DNA of 64,000 nucleotides from Euryarchaeota archaeon UBA171. Lineage in GTDB: Archaea > Thermoplasmatota > Poseidoniia > Poseidoniales > Thalassarchaeaceae. The position numbers and the translations under genes are program-made. The stretch spans positions 4,978 through 68,977 of the forward strand of contig DANO01000029.1 of NCBI GenBank assembly GCA_002497295.1, read 5' to 3'. The number at the start of each line of letters is the position of its first letter. Position 1 is the first letter of the stretch. The notes under the pieces are model-generated. The model did no database searches, was not told the DNA's origin, and saw nothing but the letters and a program-made list of their open reading frames with translations. Below, one piece after another: positions 1-8,749 of this stretch.

Positions 1-660
1 GAATCTGTCGAGAGTGCTGTGTCGAGTGAGCCAGCGGCTATGACTGGATGGGGCAGCAGCGAAATTTCTCCTGGCACTAATGAGTTGCCCCCATCGAGTT
101 CAATGATGCTCAGTCGCGCAGTTAAATCATACGAACCAGTATCAATGGGCAGCGGTGTTCTACCTGACCCTACAGACGCTGCTGTCAGAGAAGAGTGCCG
201 TCCGGGTATTGTGAAGCAGGCTAGAGCGAAGAGAGTCATGAAGAGTATTGAACCCGGACGCAGGAAGCTTTCATCGATTATTTCTTCGGATAAGCCCCGC
301 AGTCGTAGTTGGGTTGAACGTATGCTAGTTCCCATTCCAAACAGGAGCAAGGAACGAAAGAGGCACGAGAATGTAGTAGAAGACTTCGATCCGGACTCCA
401 GACTACGATCTGCACAGAAACTGAGGCTGCGTGCTGATCATCAACATCAGTCCGAGGTTAATCTTGGAAGGGCTCCAACGCGTGTTCATCCTGAAACAAG
501 TGGTCAGAATGCATTGCGAGAAATAGTGATGAAGAAAAGACTCGGAATCGGCGATATGCCTGTTGAAGAAGATGGATTACTCCCAAGGTTCAGTGAATTA
601 AGACCCAGCACATACGGCGGAGAGGAAGTTGGAATACCCGGTGTACGGTATCTCAGATGA
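1..660 (+). CDS. Hypothetical protein, probably 5'-partial
   Basis: Frame +1 is open from base 1 to TGA at 658-660; Ser/Arg/Pro-rich with no recognised motif; 3' end overlaps the convergent pfkB-family gene. Confidence 0.55.
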   Translation, partial: ESVESAVSSEPAAMTGWGSSEISPGTNELPPSSSMMLSRAVKSYEPVSMGSGVLPDPTDAAVREECRPGIVKQARAKRVMKSIEPGRRKLSSIISSDKPRSRSWVERMLVPIPNRSKERKRHENVVEDFDPDSRLRSAQKLRLRADHQHQSEVNLGRAPTRVHPETSGQNALREIVMKKRLGIGDMPVEEDGLLPRFSELRPSTYGGEEVGIPGVRYLR

Positions 661-1636
661 TGCCGGCCATTCTCCGATAACGATCAAGTCTAGCTCGATA
701 CTTTCCACGTTTCAAAGCCGAGATGGAATCTGATCCAAATGATTCTATGTTGAACGATGCAGTCACTGTAGCATGTATCAACGCTCTACGGATAGATTCG
801 ATATCTGAAAGATTTCCTTCATGGGGGACGAGTTGTGCCAAGAACGCGCCAGCAAAAACATCGCCACAGCCAGTGGGGTCAACTATCGACTCTGTGGGAT
901 AAGCCGGGAGAATGATGAGGCCGTCTCTGTGAATGCATACGCATCCTGCACTGCCTCTCTTGATAATCAGACATTGGGGCCCCGAACCAGCCAATTCACC
1001 TCCTTGAAGACTCTTGCCCATGATGATGTTTCTTCCCGATTCAAGGAAGTTTGAGCCATCTCCTATAGCATTGACCTCGTCCTCATTAAAAATGGCGATA
1101 TCGACTTTTCGAAGTGCCTCGCTTAATTCAGAAAATTCTGAATCGATCCAAAGTTGAAAAGTATCCAAGGCAGTGATCTTGGAGCCTTGGTTGGCATCCA
1201 AAACTGCGATCTGCGTGGTAGGACTTGCAGAGGAGCAGAACAAAATCGGAGGGTCTTTCCAAGATTCGGGCAAAGTCGGCTTGAAATCTGAAAGGACATT
1301 GACCTCTGTTGACACAGTTATGGCATGGTCCATCGAACCCTCGTACCTTCCTGACCAACGAAATGTCATTCCATCTGATTGTTTTACGCCGTCGATATCC
1401 AAACCCGCATCGACAATTCTTCGAAGGGACGTCTCGTCAAAATCGGACCCTATAATTGACACTAGACCAACACTTACTCTTTGCAGCCCCATATCACGGG
1501 CATGGAATGCTGCAGAAAGACCGGAATATGACGCTGACCCACCCAATATGCTACTGACCTTTCCGCTTGGCGTCTGTATGTCGTCATATCCGATGCTACC
1601 GACAATCACAAGATCCATGCCGTCACCTAAAATCAT
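653..1636 (-). CDS. PfkB/ribokinase-family carbohydrate or nucleoside kinase
   Basis: N-terminal VGSIGYD...LGGSASY, NEDE, and C-terminal PfkB signature DPTGCGDVFAGAF. Confidence 0.88.
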   Translation of the reverse strand: MILGDGMDLVIVGSIGYDDIQTPSGKVSSILGGSASYSGLSAAFHARDMGLQRVSVGLVSIIGSDFDETSLRRIVDAGLDIDGVKQSDGMTFRWSGRYEGSMDHAITVSTEVNVLSDFKPTLPESWKDPPILFCSSASPTTQIAVLDANQGSKITALDTFQLWIDSEFSELSEALRKVDIAIFNEDEVNAIGDGSNFLESGRNIIMGKSLQGGELAGSGPQCLIIKRGSAGCVCIHRDGLIILPAYPTESIVDPTGCGDVFAGAFLAQLVPHEGNLSDIESIRRALIHATVTASFNIESFGSDSISALKRGKYRARLDRYRRMAGII

Positions 1637-2957
1637 GATCTTCTAGATATGAAATTGTAATTTCCCTATTTACAAAATCGGGCTCTCTGAGTATCTTCCT
1701 ATGCAATGGGATTAACGTTTCCACTCCATCAAGGACGGTTTCTCTCAACGCTGCATCCAATCTCTCAATGGCTTCTTTTCTATCACTCCCGTGTGCTATA
1801 ATCTTGGCAAGCAGGGAGTCGAAACAAGTTGGCATAGAATATCCGGAACAGGCATGTGAATCTACTCTTATACCGGGTCCAGAGGGAAGGATACACTCCC
1901 ATAGCCTCCCTGGCGCAGGTGTAAAATCTTCAGATCTCTCGGCATTTATTCTAGCTTGTATTGCATGGCCTCGCAAGCATATATCTTCTTGGCTTACTGG
2001 AAGGGATTCGCCTGCAGCGACCCTAATCCCCAATGATACTAGGTCAAAGCCTGTCAGAGCCTCTGTTACCGTGTGCTCAACCTGGACTCTTGGATTGACT
2101 TCCAAGAAGTAGAATTCTCCTTTAGCATCCCTCAGGAATTCGAATGTCGCAAGGCCGCGGTATCCTACTGCCTTCGCACCTTCGACAACTTTGGATCCGA
2201 TTCTTTCTCTAGTCTCATCATCCAGCCATGGTCCCTCTTCCAGTATCTTCTGATGGCGCCTCTGTATGGAACAAAAGCGCTCGCCAAAATGAACTGCGTC
2301 TTTCCCATCGCCAAGAACCTGGAATTCAATGTGCTGTGCTTCCTCTATGTACTTCTCGACAAAGACTCTGCCATCTCCAAAGGCTGAAGAGGCTCTACTC
2401 GAACATAGACGGAATGCAGAGTCGAACTCGTCTTCGCTGCGTACTATTTGCATCCCTATGCCGCCGCCTCCAGCAGCGGCTTTGATGATTACTGGATAGC
2501 CAATCTCTACTGCAAGAGCCATGGCACTCTCAGAGCTCTCTATTGGTTCTTCTGACCCTAGCGCGACAGGGAGGCCTGCGGCAGTCATCGCGGAACGAGC
2601 CTGTATCTTATCTCCAAGAAGTTCGAGAATTTCGGGAGAAGGGCCGATGAAGGTGATTTCTTCTTCAGCGAGTCTTCGAGCCAGATTAGGATTTTCCGCG
2701 AGAAAGCCATACCCCGGATGGACTGCATCGGCTCCGACATTTTTTGCAGCCTCTACAACTGCTTCAACATCGAGATAACTCGCAAGAGGATCATCGCGAT
2801 AGATCTGTACTGCCGAATCGGACCAGCGAACAGGCAGGCTCGTTCTATCCTCTCTTCCGTGTATTATTGAGGCCTCAATGCCGAGTGTTCTAAGAGATCT
2901 CATTATCCTCAATGCGATTTCACCGCGATTTGCGATAAGCACTCGTGAGAATCCCAT
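1623..2957 (-). CDS. accC: Biotin carboxylase subunit (acyl-CoA/pyruvate carboxylase)
   Basis: LIANRGEIA, HPGYGFLAEN, KAAAGGGGIGM, CSIQRRHQK, EVNPRVQVEH, GPGIRVDS. Confidence 0.9.
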   Translation of the reverse strand: MGFSRVLIANRGEIALRIMRSLRTLGIEASIIHGREDRTSLPVRWSDSAVQIYRDDPLASYLDVEAVVEAAKNVGADAVHPGYGFLAENPNLARRLAEEEITFIGPSPEILELLGDKIQARSAMTAAGLPVALGSEEPIESSESAMALAVEIGYPVIIKAAAGGGGIGMQIVRSEDEFDSAFRLCSSRASSAFGDGRVFVEKYIEEAQHIEFQVLGDGKDAVHFGERFCSIQRRHQKILEEGPWLDDETRERIGSKVVEGAKAVGYRGLATFEFLRDAKGEFYFLEVNPRVQVEHTVTEALTGFDLVSLGIRVAAGESLPVSQEDICLRGHAIQARINAERSEDFTPAPGRLWECILPSGPGIRVDSHACSGYSMPTCFDSLLAKIIAHGSDRKEAIERLDAALRETVLDGVETLIPLHRKILREPDFVNREITISYLEDHDFR

Positions 2958-3008
2958 TGACTCTACGACAGGAGGGCAACGTTTGAGTTCATCTGAAATT
3001 ATCAGTTC

Positions 3009-4286
3009 TCAATATACGTCTCTGAGATATCTCTTCTCGGTCCTCATCATTCGGGTTTCAACGAATTCATGAGCGTCTTCTTCAGACATGCCCCCATGTT
3101 CGCCGCAAATTCCTATAAGCGTCTTATGAACGTCTTTTGCCATTCGAGACTTATCTCCACAGACGTAGAAATAAGCACCACCATCTATCCATGCCCATAT
3201 TTCTTCCCCGTGTTTTTTCATGAGGTGCTGAACATACACTTTCTCCGAGCCATCTCTGGACCAGGCTAGGTCATGTTTGGTCAGAATCCCCCTCTCCTTC
3301 CAATCATCCATTTCTTCCTTGTAGTAATTTTCACCAGACTCCGTCCAATCGCCAAAGAATAGCCAATTTCTTCCAGTAGCCCCGTCGATGTCTCTCTGCT
3401 GCAAGAAGGCTCTGAATGGTGCTATTCCTGTTCCTGGGCCTACCATGATTATGTCTGTACTGAGATCTTTTGGCAGAATAAAAGATCGAGTGGGGGACAT
3501 GAAGACTCCAATATCTGTCTCTACTACCTTGCAGCGATCTGCGAGAAAGCCAGTAGCTAATCCGGTTCTATCTCTGTCATGATGGTTGTATCGGACGATT
3601 CCCACAGTAAGATGGACAGTACCGGGCTCGTAATCAGGGCTACTAGCAATAGAATACAGTCTTGGCTTGAGTCGGTCCATTCCATCCACAAGTTGTTGGG
3701 GAGTTGATATTATGTGTCCAAAATCAGAGATAGCATCAATGTAGTCCCTTGACCAGATGTAATCTTCAAGCTTTGAGTCGTCACCATTCATCCCATTCCA
3801 TAAATCGATTGCAGGATCTGCAACAGAGCCAATTTCATGATATTCCGAGGGGACGTCCCCCTCTAATCCTGAGCCGCTCCAATCCAAAAGTACAGTATCG
3901 TCATTGGTGGAAGTTCTAGTTCTGGAGACCAGTCGAATACTAATTTCTTCAGGTGCTTCAAGACGCTCACCAAGGTTCCGGACCCATTTCTTTGATAGAC
4001 GATGTATCTCATAGGCAGACGTTAGAGCCTGCCTCAATTCCATATCCCCCATGTGAGTATCAACTACCTCAGACCCGGAAAATCCTGATGCTGCAAGTAA
4101 ATCTTCAACAAGTTTCGAAGGTGAAACGGGCACTACTCCTAGAGCATCCCCTGCCTTGTACTCTAGTCCGGACGAAGCCAAATCGAAAACTACGTGCCTG
4201 GTTTCTTTACCGGAACCCTCTCCATTAAGGACGAAATTCTGAGTCAAATTTGAACTGTATGGGTTTTTTGCGCTCCAGTCAGTCAT
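3009..4286 (-). CDS. CysJ-like (sulfite reductase flavoprotein) FAD/NADPH oxidoreductase lacking the flavodoxin domain
   Basis: KETRHVVF, RLYSIASSP, MVGPGTGIAPFR, WLFFG, YVCGD, C-terminal RYLRDVY; only 425 aa with no FMN-binding N-terminal domain. Confidence 0.85.
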   Translation of the reverse strand: MTDWSAKNPYSSNLTQNFVLNGEGSGKETRHVVFDLASSGLEYKAGDALGVVPVSPSKLVEDLLAASGFSGSEVVDTHMGDMELRQALTSAYEIHRLSKKWVRNLGERLEAPEEISIRLVSRTRTSTNDDTVLLDWSGSGLEGDVPSEYHEIGSVADPAIDLWNGMNGDDSKLEDYIWSRDYIDAISDFGHIISTPQQLVDGMDRLKPRLYSIASSPDYEPGTVHLTVGIVRYNHHDRDRTGLATGFLADRCKVVETDIGVFMSPTRSFILPKDLSTDIIMVGPGTGIAPFRAFLQQRDIDGATGRNWLFFGDWTESGENYYKEEMDDWKERGILTKHDLAWSRDGSEKVYVQHLMKKHGEEIWAWIDGGAYFYVCGDKSRMAKDVHKTLIGICGEHGGMSEEDAHEFVETRMMRTEKRYLRDVY

Positions 4287-4402
4287 GCCTGCGACCCCTT
4301 CTACAATTGATGTTGGGTCGAAGGTCCCTTATCAAAATCGCTAGGAAATGCATACCTTGAATCAATCGAAGCGGTCAAGCGGATTGACCTTCTGGATTGG
4401 CC

Positions 4403-5188
4403 ATGTCCCGCATCACCTTCATCGGAACCGGGAATGCTTTCTCCCCCGATGGTAGGCTCCATGCATGTCTTTCAATTGACAATAATATCTTGATTGACAC
4501 GCCCCCAACCATCATGGCTCAGCTTAGGAGGAATGGCACAGATATCTCCAATATTCGCCACGTCCTCATAACCCACTGGCATGGCGATCACACATTCGGA
4601 ATGCCATTTATTCTACTGGATAGGAAATACATATCAGATCCGAATGGCGATAGTGATCTAACAGTATATTTGAGACCAGGTGGAGAGGAGTTTTTCTCTT
4701 TACTTTGCAATATGGCCTTCCCCGGAAGTCTTGAGGAGTCTCTGAAGAGCTCAGTAGATTGGAATACGGATGAATCTGGGCATCTTGGTGGTACAGGTTG
4801 GGCATATGAGAGGTTTCCAGTGCATCACACTCCTGAAACAGATCCTAATGGATACGATTTGATTCATGATAGTGGTTTCCGGTTACTGCATTGTGGAGAT
4901 TCTGGACCTTGTGAGGAGATTGAAAAGAGGGCCGTCGGAGCTGATGTGGTGATTCTTGAAATGGGGGTTCCAGACATTGGAGAGTTTCCCTATCATCATC
5001 GGCCATCTGATGTGATTTCATTCGTTCAAAGGCACCCGGATGTCAAAGTTTTAGTCACTCACAATTACGCGTCTGGCAAGGGTGTAGAATCAGGTTTCAG
5101 GATGGCGGACCTTCCTGAATCAGTACATCAACTGGAAGATGGCGATTGGTTGCAAGTAAATGAAGACGGTTCTTTTACTGTTAATTAA
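4403..5188 (+). CDS. Metallo-beta-lactamase-fold hydrolase (RNase Z-like)
   Basis: FIGTGNA, THWHGDHTFG (HxHxDH), HCGDSG, VTH. Confidence 0.8.
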   Translation: MSRITFIGTGNAFSPDGRLHACLSIDNNILIDTPPTIMAQLRRNGTDISNIRHVLITHWHGDHTFGMPFILLDRKYISDPNGDSDLTVYLRPGGEEFFSLLCNMAFPGSLEESLKSSVDWNTDESGHLGGTGWAYERFPVHHTPETDPNGYDLIHDSGFRLLHCGDSGPCEEIEKRAVGADVVILEMGVPDIGEFPYHHRPSDVISFVQRHPDVKVLVTHNYASGKGVESGFRMADLPESVHQLEDGDWLQVNEDGSFTVN

Positions 5189-5573
5189 TTTACATATTTT
5201 ATAACATCATTACAATGTTTATCTTTGAGATTGAGATGAACGATATATGATGAATAATGAGTCTAACCTTCTCCTCAGGTACCTTTCATCACTGGGTTTG
5301 TCCATATTGTTTGAGTCGGATCTTATGTCTCGGCATATCGTATATATTCTAATCTTCATGATGTTTTATTTTGTTAATAAAATCACGATAACAGGTCTAA
5401 TAGAGGCGTTCGTTTATATCCGCACTATGGACGATAACTGGTTCCATAGTGAATGAACTCTAGGGGACGTTTATTATCGAAGAGTGCATCGGTCGAGACC
5501 TGCGCATTAGAGCATCCCGGGTCTGACCTGGGATAATCATGAGTCGTGGTTTAGAAGATTAAGGTGTTAAAAA
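5189..5573. other. Probable replication origin (oriC) and cdc6 promoter region
   Basis: ~385-nt AT-rich intergenic region directly upstream of orc1/cdc6; ORB-like GTTCCATAGTGAATGAACTCTAGGGG at 5441-5466; TCCATAGTG core inverted at 5423-5431 and a one-mismatch copy at 5301-5309. Confidence 0.6.
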
Positions 5574-6812
5574 ATGAGTGAGAATATTTTCGATTCTCTT
5601 ATCGAAAATGATTCTCTTTTTGTGAATCGTGGAGCTTTCGAGCATGGTTTCGAACCTCAGAACCTCCCTCATCGTGAAAAGGAAGTTCGGGCTCTTGGGG
5701 AGAATCTTGTTGAAGCTCTAAGAGGGCATATTCCGTCAAATATGCTCCTGTACGGGGTTCCTGGATCAGGAAAGACGATAGTCACCAAGACGGTGCTAAA
5801 ACAGCTCAAAGCCAAAGGAAGGGCCAATGGGACTGCTGTCAAAGCGTACACCATAAACTGCAGAACTGTGGACACCAAATATCGAGTTGTTCAAGCTCTT
5901 GCAAATCGTCTTGAGCGGGACGAAGATGTGAAGATTCCATTCACTGGGTGGCCAACTGACAGAGTTCTCGAAGAGTTTCGAAGAAGAATGGACCGAAGGG
6001 GCGGAATCCATGTGATAGTTCTTGACGAAATAGATCACCTTGTGTCTAAAGTTGGAGACTCGATAATATACAATCTTACCAATCTCAATTTGGAATTAGA
6101 GTCGTCCAGATGCTGCATTATCGGCATTAGTAACGATCTTTACTTCACAAAGATGCTGACGCCCCAAGTAGCATCGAGGCTTGCCCAGATTGATCTCGTC
6201 TTCCACCCCTATGGTGCAAATCAGATAAATGACATTCTCGAAGATAGAGTGCTGAGAGGGGTTCGACCTGGTGCCCTTGAGAGCGGTGTGATCGGACTGT
6301 GTTCTGCATTGGCTGCTCAAGAACATGGCGATGCGCGAAGGGCTCTTGATCTTCTCAGAATCGCAATCAAGAAGGCGCAAAAAATGGGTCATGATTTGGT
6401 GGACAAGGGGCATGTCAGACTTGCACAGAGTCAACTAGAGCATGATCAACTGACGCCCGTACTCAGAACTCTTCCCCTTCAACAAAAGATTCTGCTCTTT
6501 TCAATCTGCATGAATGAGGACAATGGGCTCAGGAATATTTCCACCGGGGAAATATTCAGAACTTATTCAGAGGTATGTCTGAGGGTTATGATAGAGCCCC
6601 TCACACCTCGAAGGATATCATCGCTTCTAAACGAATTAGATAGTCTTGGAATTATAATCGCAAGGAATGTCAGCAAAGGTCGTGGTGGAAGAAGCAAACA
6701 GATCAATTCAGCAATACCAGGATCTCTTGACGTTATGACTGAATTGAGAGACTCGGAACCACTTATTGTAGAGGCTTCGAAGGGGAAATATCGTCTTCAG
6801 AGGCCGCTCTGA
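5574..6812 (+). CDS. cdc6: Orc1/Cdc6 replication initiator (AAA+ and winged helix)
   Basis: LPHRE, Walker A GVPGSGKT, Walker B IVLDEID, sensor-2 GDARRALDLLR, C-terminal wing SKGRGGR; SD-like AAGGTG upstream. Confidence 0.95.
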   Translation: MSENIFDSLIENDSLFVNRGAFEHGFEPQNLPHREKEVRALGENLVEALRGHIPSNMLLYGVPGSGKTIVTKTVLKQLKAKGRANGTAVKAYTINCRTVDTKYRVVQALANRLERDEDVKIPFTGWPTDRVLEEFRRRMDRRGGIHVIVLDEIDHLVSKVGDSIIYNLTNLNLELESSRCCIIGISNDLYFTKMLTPQVASRLAQIDLVFHPYGANQINDILEDRVLRGVRPGALESGVIGLCSALAAQEHGDARRALDLLRIAIKKAQKMGHDLVDKGHVRLAQSQLEHDQLTPVLRTLPLQQKILLFSICMNEDNGLRNISTGEIFRTYSEVCLRVMIEPLTPRRISSLLNELDSLGIIIARNVSKGRGGRSKQINSAIPGSLDVMTELRDSEPLIVEASKGKYRLQRPL

Positions 6813-6831
6813 ATTATGATTTGGGCCGGTA

Positions 6832-7374
6832 ATGGTTAAACAGAGAGCCAAGGTGCCGCGAGCGATGGCACAGAGTTCTTGGAAGGATGAAGTAACCAAG
6901 CCTAGTCGATTCTTGTCGGTTGTTTCATTCTGTATAGGGGCGTGGCTTGCCTTTGTCTCACTAATCAACGTAGCATTCGGCGCTTTCGCCCCGGGGCAGA
7001 AAATCGAATGGCTGGGCTTCATGGATGGTTCAAGTCTCTCTGAAGCTTATTCAGCGCATTCTTCCATATCTATCGGCGTTGGCGATATCATTGCATTTGC
7101 TCTTGCAGCGATCCTAATTGTAATCGGAGCAAGGGGGATAGAATCTTCCACTGGATTGCGCACATTCCTACATTCAATAATACAAAGACCTCGTCAAATG
7201 ATGAGTTCGAAAGGTGAGTTATCCCTTATTGTGGCAAACTGGATGGTAGTCGGCGGGATTGTATTCTATGTAATCTGGTCCACGATTAATACCACGTGGG
7301 TTGATCCCGGTGTTTATTCAGTTTCCATAGTAGCGATTGCTAGTGGCCTAGGCATTGAAGCCATGCACGAGTAA
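6832..7374 (+). CDS. Hypothetical membrane protein (~4 TM)
   Basis: Four hydrophobic stretches; starts 19 nt after the cdc6 stop. Confidence 0.7.
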   Translation: MVKQRAKVPRAMAQSSWKDEVTKPSRFLSVVSFCIGAWLAFVSLINVAFGAFAPGQKIEWLGFMDGSSLSEAYSAHSSISIGVGDIIAFALAAILIVIGARGIESSTGLRTFLHSIIQRPRQMMSSKGELSLIVANWMVVGGIVFYVIWSTINTTWVDPGVYSVSIVAIASGLGIEAMHE

Positions 7375-7387
7375 TGTTATTCCTCGC

Positions 7388-8404
7388 TCATGGACTTTCA
7401 AGAGCCATTAATTCTAGAATCGCCCTACAATTTTTCTTGGTCTCCAGATCAGTCACTCGGGTTACAACCCCCCTACCAGGCTGTCCGTAAATTATCACTG
7501 AGTCAATAGGGAGCATCAAATGAAGTACTATTGGTGAAAGGTCTTCTTCTCCCTCAACTACGATCAGCGACTTTAATCCATGGTCTAGTGAATTGACAGC
7601 ACTCTTGCAAGTTTCGAATAATTGTGGAGTTAATTTTCCTGCTGGATTTTGAGCGGTGGAAACTATATCGAATTTTGAATGGTCGATGAGTTTTGTATTG
7701 GGCCAATTGTTTCGTTTTGTCATTCCATCTATTAGTGCAATATCTGGAATGCATGAAAGTTTGAGTAGTCCCAAAACGGTCACGTCTCCGACTGCGACAA
7801 TATTCGAATCGCTTTGAATTGATTCGAGAGCCTTGGTTAGAGCTACGGCATGATCTGATTCTGGACCCTTATGTAACGTGCCGAAAGGTGTTTTCAACAT
7901 CAACTCAACCTCTGGCGAGAGAACTCTTGCACCTTTGAAATCAGATTCATGAACGAACAACTCTCCTGACTGATCTATTACACCATTGCGGATACGCGAA
8001 CTCGATATTACTTGGCCATCAGGCCCTCTGGCGTGCTCTATCACAATGATTTCAAGGGATTTCATTTGATGCTCTATTCGGATTCTATTTATTTCTTCAC
8101 AGCCGGATAGAGTCTCTTTTGTACATATTATGGCATCTGCATTTGAATGTTCAATGGCAGGTCCAAATGAATCATGAAGGATATCAAATGATACTCTGCT
8201 CCTGAAATCTGGTTCGATAATCATCTCAATTTCTGAACGTCGCCTACTCCAATCCCAGCATCTCTCATCTTTCTTCTTTGCAACATCATCGCTGGTAATC
8301 CATATCTCCAGATGAGCGCAATACCCCAATGCTTGATTGATTAGCCAAGCATGGCCCTCATGCACACGATCGAAGGTTCCGCCGAGAAGGCCGCGTTGGA
8401 ACAT
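7388..8404 (-). CDS. coaD: Bifunctional phosphopantetheine adenylyltransferase / GTP-dependent dephospho-CoA kinase (CoaD + DUF359)
   Basis: N-domain GGTFDRVHEGH and ISSSRIR; C-domain LKTPFG, VGDVT, DGMTKR, NPAG, VEGEEDL, YGQPGRG. Confidence 0.88.
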   Translation of the reverse strand: MFQRGLLGGTFDRVHEGHAWLINQALGYCAHLEIWITSDDVAKKKDERCWDWSRRRSEIEMIIEPDFRSRVSFDILHDSFGPAIEHSNADAIICTKETLSGCEEINRIRIEHQMKSLEIIVIEHARGPDGQVISSSRIRNGVIDQSGELFVHESDFKGARVLSPEVELMLKTPFGTLHKGPESDHAVALTKALESIQSDSNIVAVGDVTVLGLLKLSCIPDIALIDGMTKRNNWPNTKLIDHSKFDIVSTAQNPAGKLTPQLFETCKSAVNSLDHGLKSLIVVEGEEDLSPIVLHLMLPIDSVIIYGQPGRGVVTRVTDLETKKNCRAILELMALESP

Positions 8405-8438
8405 GTACCTTCATCTTGAGTCTCGGACTTTAGGGCTG

Positions 8439-8720
8439 CGGGTATTGTGCCCCGGGGCGTAACGGGCGCCATCATCGCGATGGCTCCGGGCCCTGACCCA
8501 CCCCGGGACGTCTGTAGGAGGATGGGGTTGTCCCATGAGTCATTCCGTAGTCATCTGGGGACCCATCATCCTCCATCCGTACGATTGCTCCGCAGATCAT
8601 CCCAAAAGGTCACGGCGGTCTTCGTCGTCCGGTAGCCCGAACCGTGGTACCGCGGTTCATCCTAAGCCTCCGGCGTGGGGGCTTCGTCGACGCGGTGTTG
8701 CCGGACGGGCATTATACCCG
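8439..8720 (+). ncRNA. Putative large structured ncRNA, family unassigned
   Basis: GC-rich intergenic block; terminal helix 8439-8452/8707-8720; internal helices 8451-8457/8501-8507, 8517-8535/8556-8574 and 8626-8636/8697-8707 plus three short hairpins; most non-WC pairs are G-U on the + strand. Confidence 0.65.
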
Positions 8721-8749
8721 GAGAATGTTGTGGATATCAAGTCATGGAA

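Noticed and set aside
5247..5456. 69-aa ORF upstream of cdc6
   Set aside because: Lies in the AT-rich origin-like tract, has no recognisable motif and overlaps the ORB-like repeats.
8439..8720. Calling the structured element SRP RNA, RNase P RNA, tmRNA or 5S rRNA
   Set aside because: Signature motifs not found on either strand; the minus-strand GGAGCAA lacks the CAGG..GGAA partner and there is no long SRP helix 5. A very diverged member cannot be excluded without a covariance-model search.
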